Below the pieces are notes generated by a model. It did no database searches. It was not told where the DNA came from and was given only the letters and a program-made list of their open reading frames with translations. Below are positions 40,656 through 50,363 of a stretch of DNA of 64,000 bases, piece after piece. Position 1 is the stretch's first letter. Every line of letters begins with the position of its first letter. Source of the DNA: an uncultured Flavobacteriaceae bacterium (GTDB lineage: Bacteria > Bacteroidota > Bacteroidia > Flavobacteriales > Flavobacteriaceae); the NCBI GenBank assembly GCA_943789305.1, contig CALSTP010000002.1, positions 21,173 to 85,172 on the forward strand. The letters run 5' to 3'. A program made the translations under genes and the position numbers.

Positions 40656-41672
40656 ATGAAAATTATTGTACCCATGGCGGGAAGAGGATCCCGACTTCGT
40701 CCTCATACTTTAACAGTTCCCAAACCATTAATTCCGGTTGCTGGAGTACCAATTGTTGAACAATTGGTCCGCGATATCGCAGATGTTGTAAAACAACCAA
40801 TTAAAGAGGTCGCATTTATTTTGGGTGATCCTGCTTTTTTTGGGGATGAAATAGTGAATCAATTAATGGTTTTAGCTAAAAAAATTGGTGCTCAAGGAAA
40901 AATTTATCGTCAACTCGAACCTTTGGGAACAGGACACGCTATTATGTGTGCTGAATCGTCACTTTCGGGACCAGCAGTTGTAGCTTATGCAGATACTCTT
41001 ATTCGGGCAAAATTTTCTTTAGATCCTAAAGCAGATAGTATCATTTGGGTTAAAAAAGTTTTCAAGCCCGAAGCCTATGGTGTGGTTCAATTGAATTCCG
41101 AAGGTGCAATTACAGAATTGGTTGAAAAACCTAGATCTTTTGTTTCTGACCTGGCAGTTATTGGAATTTATTATTTTAAAGAAATCGAAAAATTAAAAAA
41201 AGAGTTACAAGCTGTTTTAGATGAAAAGCTTACTCATGGGGGAGAATATCAAATTAATGATGGAATCAAACGGATGATGAATGCAGGAAATTTGTTCTTA
41301 CCTGGTGAAGTTAATGAATGGATGGATTGTGGGAACAAACAAATCACTTTAGAGACAAATACCAAAATGTTAGGATTTTTAGAGGCAGAGGGTAAGGAAA
41401 TGATTCACCCTTCCGCCCGAATTGAAAACACTAAAATTATTCCTCCTTGTTATGTTGGTCCAAATGTTAAGATTAAAAACACATCCTTAGGCCCGGGAGT
41501 TTCAATTGGAACTGGAACGGTTATTGAGAATTCAGCAATTAGCCACAGTTTAATTCAAAATAACAGTCGAATTTCAAATGCAACATTGAATCAAGCTATG
41601 ATAGGAAATCATGTAACCTTCGATGGAAAATTTACACAAATTAGTATAGGAGACCACACTGAAATCATATGA
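40656..41672 (+). CDS. Sugar-phosphate nucleotidyltransferase
   Basis: PMAGRGSRLRPHT..PKPL, C-terminal left-handed beta-helix. Confidence 0.88.
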   Translation: MKIIVPMAGRGSRLRPHTLTVPKPLIPVAGVPIVEQLVRDIADVVKQPIKEVAFILGDPAFFGDEIVNQLMVLAKKIGAQGKIYRQLEPLGTGHAIMCAESSLSGPAVVAYADTLIRAKFSLDPKADSIIWVKKVFKPEAYGVVQLNSEGAITELVEKPRSFVSDLAVIGIYYFKEIEKLKKELQAVLDEKLTHGGEYQINDGIKRMMNAGNLFLPGEVNEWMDCGNKQITLETNTKMLGFLEAEGKEMIHPSARIENTKIIPPCYVGPNVKIKNTSLGPGVSIGTGTVIENSAISHSLIQNNSRISNATLNQAMIGNHVTFDGKFTQISIGDHTEII

Positions 41673-42454
41673 AAAAAACAAAACACTTTATTTTTCGCTT
41701 TGTATTGTTATCATTGATCTTAGCTGTTTTTGGATGTAAATCAGTTTCCGTTTTGCCAACAAAAGAACCGGTCAAGAGAGTTGAGCTTAAATCATTAACC
41801 AAAGAAATTGAGAAAGCTACTACAAAAATAAAAACCTTTAGAGCCCGTGTAAAGGTTCAATACAAAGACAGCAAGAGAGAGCAACAAATTAATTTAAACC
41901 TTCGCATGGAGTCCAATAAGACCCTTTGGATTAGCGCTTCAATACTTGTTCCCATAGCAAAACTTTTGATTACTCCTAATCGTGTAGGTTTTTATGAAAA
42001 ATTTCAGAAAACATTTTATGAGGGGAATATGGGCTTTATAAACGAGCAATTGGGCACGAGTTTTACTTTTGAGGACATCCAAAATGTTTTTCTAGGAAAC
42101 CCAGTTACTAACATGAGTGAAGGAGAATTCGATCGTATTGACCATCCTCAATATTACGTTTTGATTCCTAAAACTGAAAACAAGCAATTACGCCCAACCT
42201 ATTTTTTTGACCCCAGTAACTTTCGTCTGAAAGAACAACGTTTTATCGTTTCAGGAACATCACAGTCCTTAAGCATTAAATACCCAAAGTATCAGAAAAT
42301 GGAGGGGAAAACACTTCCAAAAGAGATAGTAATTTCAATTTTTGACGGATTTAATCTAGTTCAGGTTAGTTTGGATTTTATTCGAACAGATTCCCCCAAA
42401 AATTTATCAGTTCCTTTTACTATTCCTGATGGGTATAAAAAATTGAATTTATAA
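41669..42454 (+). CDS. DUF4292-like lipoprotein
   Basis: Lipobox VFGC; C-terminal PFTIPDGYK. Confidence 0.7.
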   Translation: MKKTKHFIFRFVLLSLILAVFGCKSVSVLPTKEPVKRVELKSLTKEIEKATTKIKTFRARVKVQYKDSKREQQINLNLRMESNKTLWISASILVPIAKLLITPNRVGFYEKFQKTFYEGNMGFINEQLGTSFTFEDIQNVFLGNPVTNMSEGEFDRIDHPQYYVLIPKTENKQLRPTYFFDPSNFRLKEQRFIVSGTSQSLSIKYPKYQKMEGKTLPKEIVISIFDGFNLVQVSLDFIRTDSPKNLSVPFTIPDGYKKLNL

Positions 42455-43689
42455 TGAATATTAGAGTAAGCTTTGCGATCAATATTATTACAAGCATGAC
42501 GCTTTTTTTGATTGTTGGGCAAAGCTTATTTGCTCAAGATCAGAGACAACAAAATTTAGAAGCTCAGCGTAAAAGACTTCAACAAGAGATTAAGCAAATT
42601 AACACTTTATTGTTTTCAAATGAAAAAAGGAAGAAATCTGTTTTAACTCAAGTAGAGGACTTGAATTTAAAAATAAATGTTCGTAGAAGGTTGATCCGGG
42701 TTACCAATGAACAAGCAAATCGTTTAACTCAACAAATCAATGTCAATCAACGTTCAATTAGTCGTCAGCGTAAAGAACTTGAGGCATTAAAGAAAGATTA
42801 TTCTGAAATGATTTTAAAATCATATCAAAGTAAATCGGGTCAGAGTAGGATGATGTTTTTATTTTCTTCTGAGAATTTTTTACAAGCATACAAACGCTTT
42901 CAATATCTAAAACAATATGCAAGTTTTAGAAAGAAACAAGGAGAATTAATCTCAGAAAAGACTCAAATCCTCCAAGAGTTGAATATAAGTTTGATTAATC
43001 AAAAACGGGAAAAAGAAAATTTAGTTAAAGAAAATAGAGTAGCTGAAGAAAAATACAGACAAGAACAAAACAGTCAAGAGAGTTTAGTTCAAGAATTAAA
43101 AAAGAAGGAAAGAAATTTTATTTCTCAAATCAAGAACAAACAAAAAAAGGCCAAAGAGATAAATAAAGAAATTCAAAGATTAATTCGGGAAGCAATTATT
43201 GCTTCAAATAAAGCTGCAGGAGGAAAAAGAAATTCTAAAGTATTTAGGTTGACTCCAGAAGATAAATTGATTTCTGATAACATCGAAGCTAACAAAGGAA
43301 AACTTCCATGGCCTGTCGAGCAAGGATTATTGATCCAGAGCTTTGGTAGACAACCTCATCCTGTTGTTAAAACTGCAATAATTCAGAGTAATGGAGTAAC
43401 TATTGCTACGCCCAAAAACGCCCAAGCACGTGCAGTATTTGAAGGAAAAGTAATGTCAATAATTGGTTTTAAGGGGAGCAATCCCACTGTGCTTATCCAA
43501 CATGGAAATTATATTACAGCTTACTCAAATTTAGGGGAAGTTTATGTAACTAAGGGACAAAAAGTAAAGCCTAAGGAAATAATAGGAAAAGTATTTACCA
43601 ACTCTGAAACGGGCAAAACAGAATTAAAATTCAGTGTGTTTAAAGCAAGCACTCCTGTAAATCCAAAGACATGGATCTACAGGATGTAA
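42454..43689 (+). CDS. EnvC-like coiled-coil/M23 murein hydrolase activator
   Basis: Long coiled coil, KGKLPWPV, degenerate M23 domain lacking the Zn-binding His residues. Confidence 0.85.
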   Translation: MNIRVSFAINIITSMTLFLIVGQSLFAQDQRQQNLEAQRKRLQQEIKQINTLLFSNEKRKKSVLTQVEDLNLKINVRRRLIRVTNEQANRLTQQINVNQRSISRQRKELEALKKDYSEMILKSYQSKSGQSRMMFLFSSENFLQAYKRFQYLKQYASFRKKQGELISEKTQILQELNISLINQKREKENLVKENRVAEEKYRQEQNSQESLVQELKKKERNFISQIKNKQKKAKEINKEIQRLIREAIIASNKAAGGKRNSKVFRLTPEDKLISDNIEANKGKLPWPVEQGLLIQSFGRQPHPVVKTAIIQSNGVTIATPKNAQARAVFEGKVMSIIGFKGSNPTVLIQHGNYITAYSNLGEVYVTKGQKVKPKEIIGKVFTNSETGKTELKFSVFKASTPVNPKTWIYRM

Positions 43690-43696
43690 AAGACAA

Positions 43697-44698
43697 TTAT
43701 TCAGCTAAGTACCAAGCTTCTTCTTCTAGTGTATTTAAGATAAAGTAATATAATCTAATCGCTTCACTTTTGGATTTAAACCGCCCATAGGCAACTCGGA
43801 TTAAACCATCAGAACTTTGCTTTGCAAGGCTCGCATCGTCAAAACCGTTTGCTTTTAATATATCTAGTTTTTTTAATGCATTGGATTTTTCACGGAAACT
43901 CCCAGCGATAACACTGAAATATTCTCCAGATTGAACTTCAAATGAATTGTTTTCTGCAGCCTCATCCTCGGAAATAACATTGAGTTCAAGTGCGGCAAGT
44001 TTACCAAGGTCAAAAGAAGCTTCTTGAACATTGGATTTAATTTTTGCTTGTGCAATTTCAGTTGATTTTACACGCTCATTGTTCAAGTATTGATCTCCAA
44101 AATAGTAAGAGGCTCCTACTAGTGCAATTGCGATTACACCAACTGCAGCATATTTAACATAGTTGGGACGTTCTTTTTTCTTTTCAGGAGTAAAAGCTAA
44201 CGGTTCTTTTTTTGAATTTTCCATAGGGAATTTGTTTTTGTAGATAGTTGTATTTGTTGGAAGATTAATCTCCTTTACTTTTGAAATCTTTTTTTTGGAA
44301 AAAGAAGTTAATCCAGTCGAGTTCCAGTCAAAATTGACTTTATTGTATGGTAAAAATATAATTTTTTGCTCAGAATTGAGCGTTAGTTCTCCAACGCCCG
44401 GAAGAATAACGGCTGTACCTAAGTCCAGAGTTTCCTTCCATTGTTGACTTTCTTGTTGTATTTCTTGAAGTGCACTTTCATAGGAAATGGATTTGCGTTT
44501 TGCAATATAGTTGGCAAGCAAACCGTCATTATGGGTTAATAACCCATTAAAAGAAAGTTCTTTTCCAGGAGGGAAGAAGATACCCTGCTCTCGGTCAATA
44601 CGGATCGCAATAGGTTGTGTTAAAAACGCGCCTAATTGAGGTATGATAACACATTCGTATTGATATAAAAGCTCTTTTGTGTACTGCACTAAATTCAT
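43697..44698 (-). CDS. SPOR-domain membrane protein with N-terminal HU-like domain
   Basis: CVIIPQLGAF, HNDGLLANYI, central TM, VIAGSFREKSNA SPOR motif; ATG 44698 lies just after TACATTTG. Confidence 0.8.
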   Translation of the reverse strand: MNLVQYTKELLYQYECVIIPQLGAFLTQPIAIRIDREQGIFFPPGKELSFNGLLTHNDGLLANYIAKRKSISYESALQEIQQESQQWKETLDLGTAVILPGVGELTLNSEQKIIFLPYNKVNFDWNSTGLTSFSKKKISKVKEINLPTNTTIYKNKFPMENSKKEPLAFTPEKKKERPNYVKYAAVGVIAIALVGASYYFGDQYLNNERVKSTEIAQAKIKSNVQEASFDLGKLAALELNVISEDEAAENNSFEVQSGEYFSVIAGSFREKSNALKKLDILKANGFDDASLAKQSSDGLIRVAYGRFKSKSEAIRLYYFILNTLEEEAWYLAE

Positions 44699-44771
44699 AC
44701 TCAAATGTAATCAATTAAAAACGGTTTCGACAATTTTTTTATTTTGCATGATAAACCCCAATTATCATCCT

Positions 44772-45869
44772 ATGAAATTAACGTCAATTCAAGCCTCTTT
44801 ATTGTTACAACTCTTACCTGGAATAGGAGATATTACTGCAAAAAAAATTAGTTAATCATTGCGGAAACGCTCAAGCTGTTTTTGAAGAAAAAAAATCAAT
44901 TTACTTAAAATCAAAGGAATAGGAACGTTCCATCTTCAGGGATTTAATCAATTCGAGACTTATTTTTCGACTGTACTTGAGGAAGAAAAGTTTTTAAAAA
45001 AAGAAAAAATCATCCCGATTCTTTATAATTCCTCTGATTACCCCAAAACTTTGACTTTTTTTGCCAATGCCCCTTTAGTTCTATTTCAAAAAGGTAATGT
45101 TTTATGGAAAAACGAACATATTGTTAGTATTGTAGGTACTCGAAACCCTACATCCAGGGGAGTAGATTTTTGTAAACAACTCATAAAAGAACTTGCGGTT
45201 TATCATCCAATAATTGTATCGGGATTTGCAAAAGGGATTGATGTAGTTGCTCATAAAACAGCTATGGAAAACAATCTAGAAACAGTAGCTTGTTTAGGGC
45301 ATGGTTTGAATCAAATTTTCCCCAAGGAACATCAGGCTTATGTTGATTCAATATGTAAAAAAGGAGTCTTTCTTTCTGAGTTTTGGAGCAACTCATCTTT
45401 TGAAAAAACAAACTTTTTAAAGCGCAATCGAATTATTACTGGGTTATCACATGCAACTGTGGTTATTGAATCTGGGGTTAAAGGAGGGAGTTTGGTTACT
45501 GCAGAGCATGCACACCATTATGGGAGAGATGTTTTTACCGTTCCAGGCAGGATATCCGATTCTCAAAGCAAAGGGTGTTTAAATTTAATCAGGAAAGATA
45601 AAGCTTGGATGATTACTTCAGTGGCTGATTTAGTTTATTGGATGGGGTGGGAATCAAAAATCACACCTCAGAATACTCAAAAGGAATTGTTACTAAGTTT
45701 AACAGAAGAGGAGAAGGAAATTTTTAATTTATTAGAAAATAAAAATAGTTTGGACAATTTAGCGTTTCAAGCAAAATTACCAATAAGCAAGGTAGCCGTT
45801 CTTTTATTTCAATTAGAAGTGAAAGGTTGTGTTCGTTCCATGCCAGGAAAACATTACGAACGCTTTTAG
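44772..45869 (+). pseudogene. dprA: DNA-processing protein DprA, disrupted near its 5' end
   Basis: MKLTSIQASLLLQLLPGIGDITAKK, then +1 at A8 (44840-44847) and -1 at A8 (44888-44895), giving stops at 44853 and 44883; downstream SIVGTR, VSGFAKGID, FLKRNRII, GGSLVTA. Confidence 0.85.
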
Positions 45870-46834
45870 TAGCCTATTTTAGAGCGAACCCGCATCAAAA
45901 CATCTGTAGCAATCTTGTGGGCTTTTTGAGCTCCTTTAGCAAGCGCTATTGTTACTTCAGAAGGGTTGTTTTGAAAGTAGTTGAATTTTTTTCGAGGTTC
46001 ATCAAAAATTTCAAGAATCAGTTCAAACAAAGCTTGTTTTGCATCCCCATATCCCATACCTCCTGTGACGTATTGGTTCCTAAGACTTGAAATTTGATCT
46101 TCGTTGGCTAACAGAGAATATAATTTATAAACAGTACATGTGTCTGGGTTTTTAGGCTCTTCTAAAGGTGTAGAGTCGGTTTGAATTCCCATGATTTGCT
46201 TACGCAATTTTTTTTCAGGTAAGAAAATATTGATGGTGTTGTTTTTGGACTTGCTCATTTTTTGACCGTCAGTTCCTGGAATAATTTGTAATTCCTCTTG
46301 GATTTGTGCTTTTGGTAACACAAAAGTTTCTCCTTGTTGATTATTGAATCGAGCTGCAACATCACGTGATATTTCTAAATGTTGTAACTGATCTTTACCC
46401 ACTGGAACTATTTCAGCATCATAAAGTAAAATATCAGCAGCCATAAGCATAGGGTAGCCAAAAAGTCCAGCATTAACATCAGATAGATGGTCGGCTTTAT
46501 CTTTAAAAGAATGTGCTAAAGTTAAACGTTGGTATGGGAAAAAGCAGCTCAAATACCAACTCAGTTCGGTTACCAAACTTACATCACTTTGTTTATAAAA
46601 AATTGTTTTATCAATATCTAAACCGCATGCCAACCAAGCAGCAGCGGTATTGAAAGTATGTTCTCTTAAAACTGATCCGTCTTTGATTTGTGTAAGGGAA
46701 TGTAAATCTGCAATAAAAAGAAAAGATTCGTTTTCAGGCTCATTTGCCATTGCAATAGCGGGAAGTACAGCCCCTAATAGATTACCCAAGTGGGGTGTTC
46801 CTGTACTTTGGACACCTGTAAGAATTCTAGCCAT
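45866..46834 (-). CDS. trpS: Tryptophan--tRNA ligase
   Basis: HLGN, VPVGKDQ, KMSKS. Confidence 0.97.
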   Translation of the reverse strand: MARILTGVQSTGTPHLGNLLGAVLPAIAMANEPENESFLFIADLHSLTQIKDGSVLREHTFNTAAAWLACGLDIDKTIFYKQSDVSLVTELSWYLSCFFPYQRLTLAHSFKDKADHLSDVNAGLFGYPMLMAADILLYDAEIVPVGKDQLQHLEISRDVAARFNNQQGETFVLPKAQIQEELQIIPGTDGQKMSKSKNNTINIFLPEKKLRKQIMGIQTDSTPLEEPKNPDTCTVYKLYSLLANEDQISSLRNQYVTGGMGYGDAKQALFELILEIFDEPRKKFNYFQNNPSEVTIALAKGAQKAHKIATDVLMRVRSKIGY

Positions 46835-47076
46835 ACCTATTTTGTTTGAGCAAAGGTACTTTTTTCAACTCAAAAAAAGAATGGCTATGGCCAGTAAAAA
46901 AGCTTTATTAGGCTGATCATTTATAAATTAGAGTAACTTGTTTGGTAAAATTCCATAAATTAAATTCATTAAAGCTATTCTAATGGGCTTAAATTGGATT
47001 CTTATATTTTCGAGGTATAAAAAGGTTTAAGTATTTAAAAATTTTATAACAATTTGTAAAACCCTACATTTGGTTA

Positions 47077-47865
47077 ATGCTAAAAATACTTCAGAAAATT
47101 GCATTACTATTATGGAGGGCATGGTTTTATATACTTGCAGCAATTCCTGTTATTTCTCTTTTTCCATTTTTATTACTTATTGCTAGTTATAAAAAAGGAT
47201 ATCCAACACTTTTCTGGATCGCACGAAACATTTGGTCTCCTTTTATATTGTTTGGGATGGGTTTTTACATTAAAACAAAATTTGCAAAACCACTTCCTCA
47301 AGGAACTTCTTACATGTTGGTAGCTAATCACAGCAGTTACCTGGATCCTTTTGTAATGTTTCGTGTTTCAAAAAATCCTTTTGTTTTTGTGGGAAAAAAA
47401 GAATACATCAAAGTTCCTCTTTTTGGAAGTATTTATAAACGAGCAGCGATTTTAGTCGACCGGAGCAGCTCTATGAGCAGGTGGGGTGTTTATGAACGCG
47501 CCAATAAGGTTATTGAAAGTGGGACAAGCGTTTGTATTTTTCCAGAAGTAAACTATGTAGACGATACAATTTTACTTAACCCTTTTAAGCGTGGGGCGTT
47601 TAAACTTTCGATTGAACATCAAATACCGATTGTTCCCATCACTTTTTTGGATTGTAAACGCAAATTTCCTTGGAGTCCAGATTTTGGTTTTCCAGGAGAA
47701 TTGAGGGTTGAAACTTTTCCAGAAATTAATCCAGTGAAAAGCTTAGATGATTTGGAAGAACTGCAAGAAAAAACTAGGGACATCATTTTGGCTGGACTAA
47801 ATTCGGATATAAAACAGCAGAGTCAAAAAGCAGTAGCGATTGAATTGGCTAAAACGCGAAAATAA
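47077..47865 (+). CDS. 1-acyl-sn-glycerol-3-phosphate acyltransferase (PlsC family)
   Basis: NHSSYLD, IFPE, PFKRGAF. Confidence 0.88.
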   Translation: MLKILQKIALLLWRAWFYILAAIPVISLFPFLLLIASYKKGYPTLFWIARNIWSPFILFGMGFYIKTKFAKPLPQGTSYMLVANHSSYLDPFVMFRVSKNPFVFVGKKEYIKVPLFGSIYKRAAILVDRSSSMSRWGVYERANKVIESGTSVCIFPEVNYVDDTILLNPFKRGAFKLSIEHQIPIVPITFLDCKRKFPWSPDFGFPGELRVETFPEINPVKSLDDLEELQEKTRDIILAGLNSDIKQQSQKAVAIELAKTRK

Positions 47866-47880
47866 AAGTATACTTTAATT

Positions 47881-48738
47881 ATGGATGAATCTTCTACATT
47901 ATTTTTAGCAGTTTCCATTATGATCATTATGATTGGAATGGGATTAGGGCTTACTCTTCAAGATTTTAGACAAGTCGGTGAAAATCCGAAACCAGTTTTA
48001 ATGGGGTTATTCAATCAAATTATTTTGTTGCCACTTATTGGGTTTGTTCTCTGTCTAATTTTCATACCAGAACCTTTCATTGCTATTGGATTGATGATGT
48101 TGGTTGCTTGTCCTGGGGGAACAAGTTCAAATATTATTACTCTATTGGCTAGAGGCGACTTACCTCTTTCGATTTCCCTTACTTCAATCAATAGTTTGAT
48201 AACTATTTTTACTATTCCTCTAATTGTTAATTTTTCATTTGACTTTTTTAGTGCTAGTATAGGTTCAATAGCACCTCCAACTCAAGACATATTTATCTCC
48301 TTGATTGCAGTTATTGCTATTCCACTTTCGATTGGGATGTTTATTAAAAAAAAGGCGCCAAGTTTTGCTCAGAGAATGGAAGGTCCAGTGCGAAAAGCTT
48401 CTTCAATTCTTTTGGCATTGGTTATTCTTAGTATTCTGGTAAAGGAATTCGAATTATTTAAAAAACATTTTGCCGATACCGTTGGCATCTTAGTTGTTTT
48501 AAACACTTTAACCATGTCCATTGGTTTTTTTGGATCCAAGCTGTTTAAACTAAACTTAAAACAGGCCATTACAATTGCGATTGAATCTGGAATTCAAAAC
48601 GGAACCTTAACTATTAGTTTGGCTGTGATTACCGTTGGACGACCCGATCTTGCAATTGTTGCTGCGGTCTATGGGCCCTTGATGTATTTGATGGCCTTAG
48701 TTCCAATTATGTTTGGTATTCGAAATTTTAAAAAATAA
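47881..48738 (+). CDS. Bile acid:sodium symporter family transporter
   Basis: MGLGLT, CPGGTSSN, ESGIQNG. Confidence 0.9.
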   Translation: MDESSTLFLAVSIMIIMIGMGLGLTLQDFRQVGENPKPVLMGLFNQIILLPLIGFVLCLIFIPEPFIAIGLMMLVACPGGTSSNIITLLARGDLPLSISLTSINSLITIFTIPLIVNFSFDFFSASIGSIAPPTQDIFISLIAVIAIPLSIGMFIKKKAPSFAQRMEGPVRKASSILLALVILSILVKEFELFKKHFADTVGILVVLNTLTMSIGFFGSKLFKLNLKQAITIAIESGIQNGTLTISLAVITVGRPDLAIVAAVYGPLMYLMALVPIMFGIRNFKK

Positions 48739-48786
48739 AAAAACCTGCTACTGAGTTTAGGAGTTTTTTTAACTGGCGTGATAGAT

Positions 48787-49791
48787 TCAATTGACAGCTT
48801 TGAGCGCTCCCATTATTTTTTCTTCCAATTCATCCATCAAATCGGGATTGTCCAGAAGAATTGTTTTTACCGCGTCTCGACCTTGTCCCAATTTGGTCTC
48901 TCCATAACTGAACCAAGACCCTGATTTTTTGATTATCTCATAATTAACTCCTAGATCAATAATTTCACCAATTTTGGAAATACCTTCTCCATACAAGATG
49001 TCAAATTCAGTAGTTCTGAATGGTGGAGCTACCTTATTCTTTACAACTTTCACTCGAGTTTTGTTCCCTAAAACTTGTGCATCCGCGTCTTTAATTTGTG
49101 TAGAGCGTCGGATATCCAAACGTACTGAAGAGTAAAACTTTAAGGCATTCCCACCTGTTGTAGTTTCTGGGTTACCAAACATCACCCCAATCTTTTCTCT
49201 CAACTGGTTGATGAAAAATACAGTACAGTTGGTTCTACTAATCGAACCGGTTAATTTTCTTAGGGCTTGTGACATCAAGCGTGCGTGTAGTCCCATTTTG
49301 GAATCTCCCATTTCACCTTCGATTTCACTTTTGGGAGTCAAGGCAGCAACGGAGTCAATGACTACAATATCAACTGCACCAGAACGGATTAAATTGTCTG
49401 CGATTTCGAGAGCTTGTTCTCCATGATCGGGTTGAGAAATAATGAGCTCCTGAACATCGATTCCTAGTTTTTCTGCATAAAAGCGATCAAAGGCATGTTC
49501 TGCATCTATGAACGCAGCAATTCCTCCTTGTTTTTGACATTCTGCAATAGCATGAAGGGTCAAGGTTGTTTTACCTGAGGATTCAGGGCCATAAATTTCT
49601 ATAACTCTTCCTTTCGGATATCCCCCGACACCCAGTGCAATGTCAAGACCAAGAGAGCCTGAAGAAATAGCCTCTACTTCCTCAATTGCGGAATCTCCTA
49701 ATTTCATTACCGAACCTTTTCCGTAGGTTTTATCAAGTTTGTCAAGAGTAAGTTGAAGTGCTTTGAGCTTAGCTGCTTTATCGTCTGCCAT
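48787..49791 (-). CDS. recA: Recombinase RecA
   Basis: [31 protein letters not shown]. Confidence 0.99.
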   Translation of the reverse strand: MADDKAAKLKALQLTLDKLDKTYGKGSVMKLGDSAIEEVEAISSGSLGLDIALGVGGYPKGRVIEIYGPESSGKTTLTLHAIAECQKQGGIAAFIDAEHAFDRFYAEKLGIDVQELIISQPDHGEQALEIADNLIRSGAVDIVVIDSVAALTPKSEIEGEMGDSKMGLHARLMSQALRKLTGSISRTNCTVFFINQLREKIGVMFGNPETTTGGNALKFYSSVRLDIRRSTQIKDADAQVLGNKTRVKVVKNKVAPPFRTTEFDILYGEGISKIGEIIDLGVNYEIIKKSGSWFSYGETKLGQGRDAVKTILLDNPDLMDELEEKIMGALKAVN

Positions 49792-49970
49792 AATACTATT
49801 TTTCTTTCTTGCTAAGGTAATATATCTTTATTTTGATGCACTCGCTTATCTCAAGGGTTTATTAACAATAGTTTGATTTTTTTATATTCATTTGTTGAAC
49901 CCCTCTAAAAACTATGATTTAAGGTTTTTTTTAAGCTACAACTCAAATTTTAACACAAAATAACCCCAAA

Positions 49971-50261
49971 ATGACATAAAACCGAATTCTAACCATCCAC
50001 CCCAAAGGGCTCAAAGGAGTTCATATTCTATAGAGTCGTTATAATCTAATCAAGGATTTTATTCTAAAAAAAGTTGAATTACATAAAGAAATAAGCTATC
50101 AAAAATTATCTTCTTTGGCCGTTGAGTAATTGAGTAGTTCTTTTGACGGTAAAGTTGTTTGGTACATTGTTGCAGTTAAGTTAGATTTAGAAGCACGAAA
50201 TATTATTGAACGAATTTTCAAAACAAGTCCACACCAATTACGGATGAAAGAATCCAATTAA
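49971..50261 (+). pseudogene. Small hypothetical protein pseudogene (DUF6958-like)
   Basis: MT*NRILTIHPKGLKGVHIL*SRYNLIKDFILKK...LAVE*LSSSFDGKVVWYIVAVKLDLEARNIIERIFKTSPHQLRMKESN*; stops at 49977, 50031, 50127. Confidence 0.75.
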
Positions 50262-50363
50262 TTATCTTTATCAGTGAAATAGGATTTAATAAAATAATTC
50301 CACGCCTCCATCTTTTTTTAGCTACACGAATCAAATAGAATTATAGAAGTAAAAACAACAACG

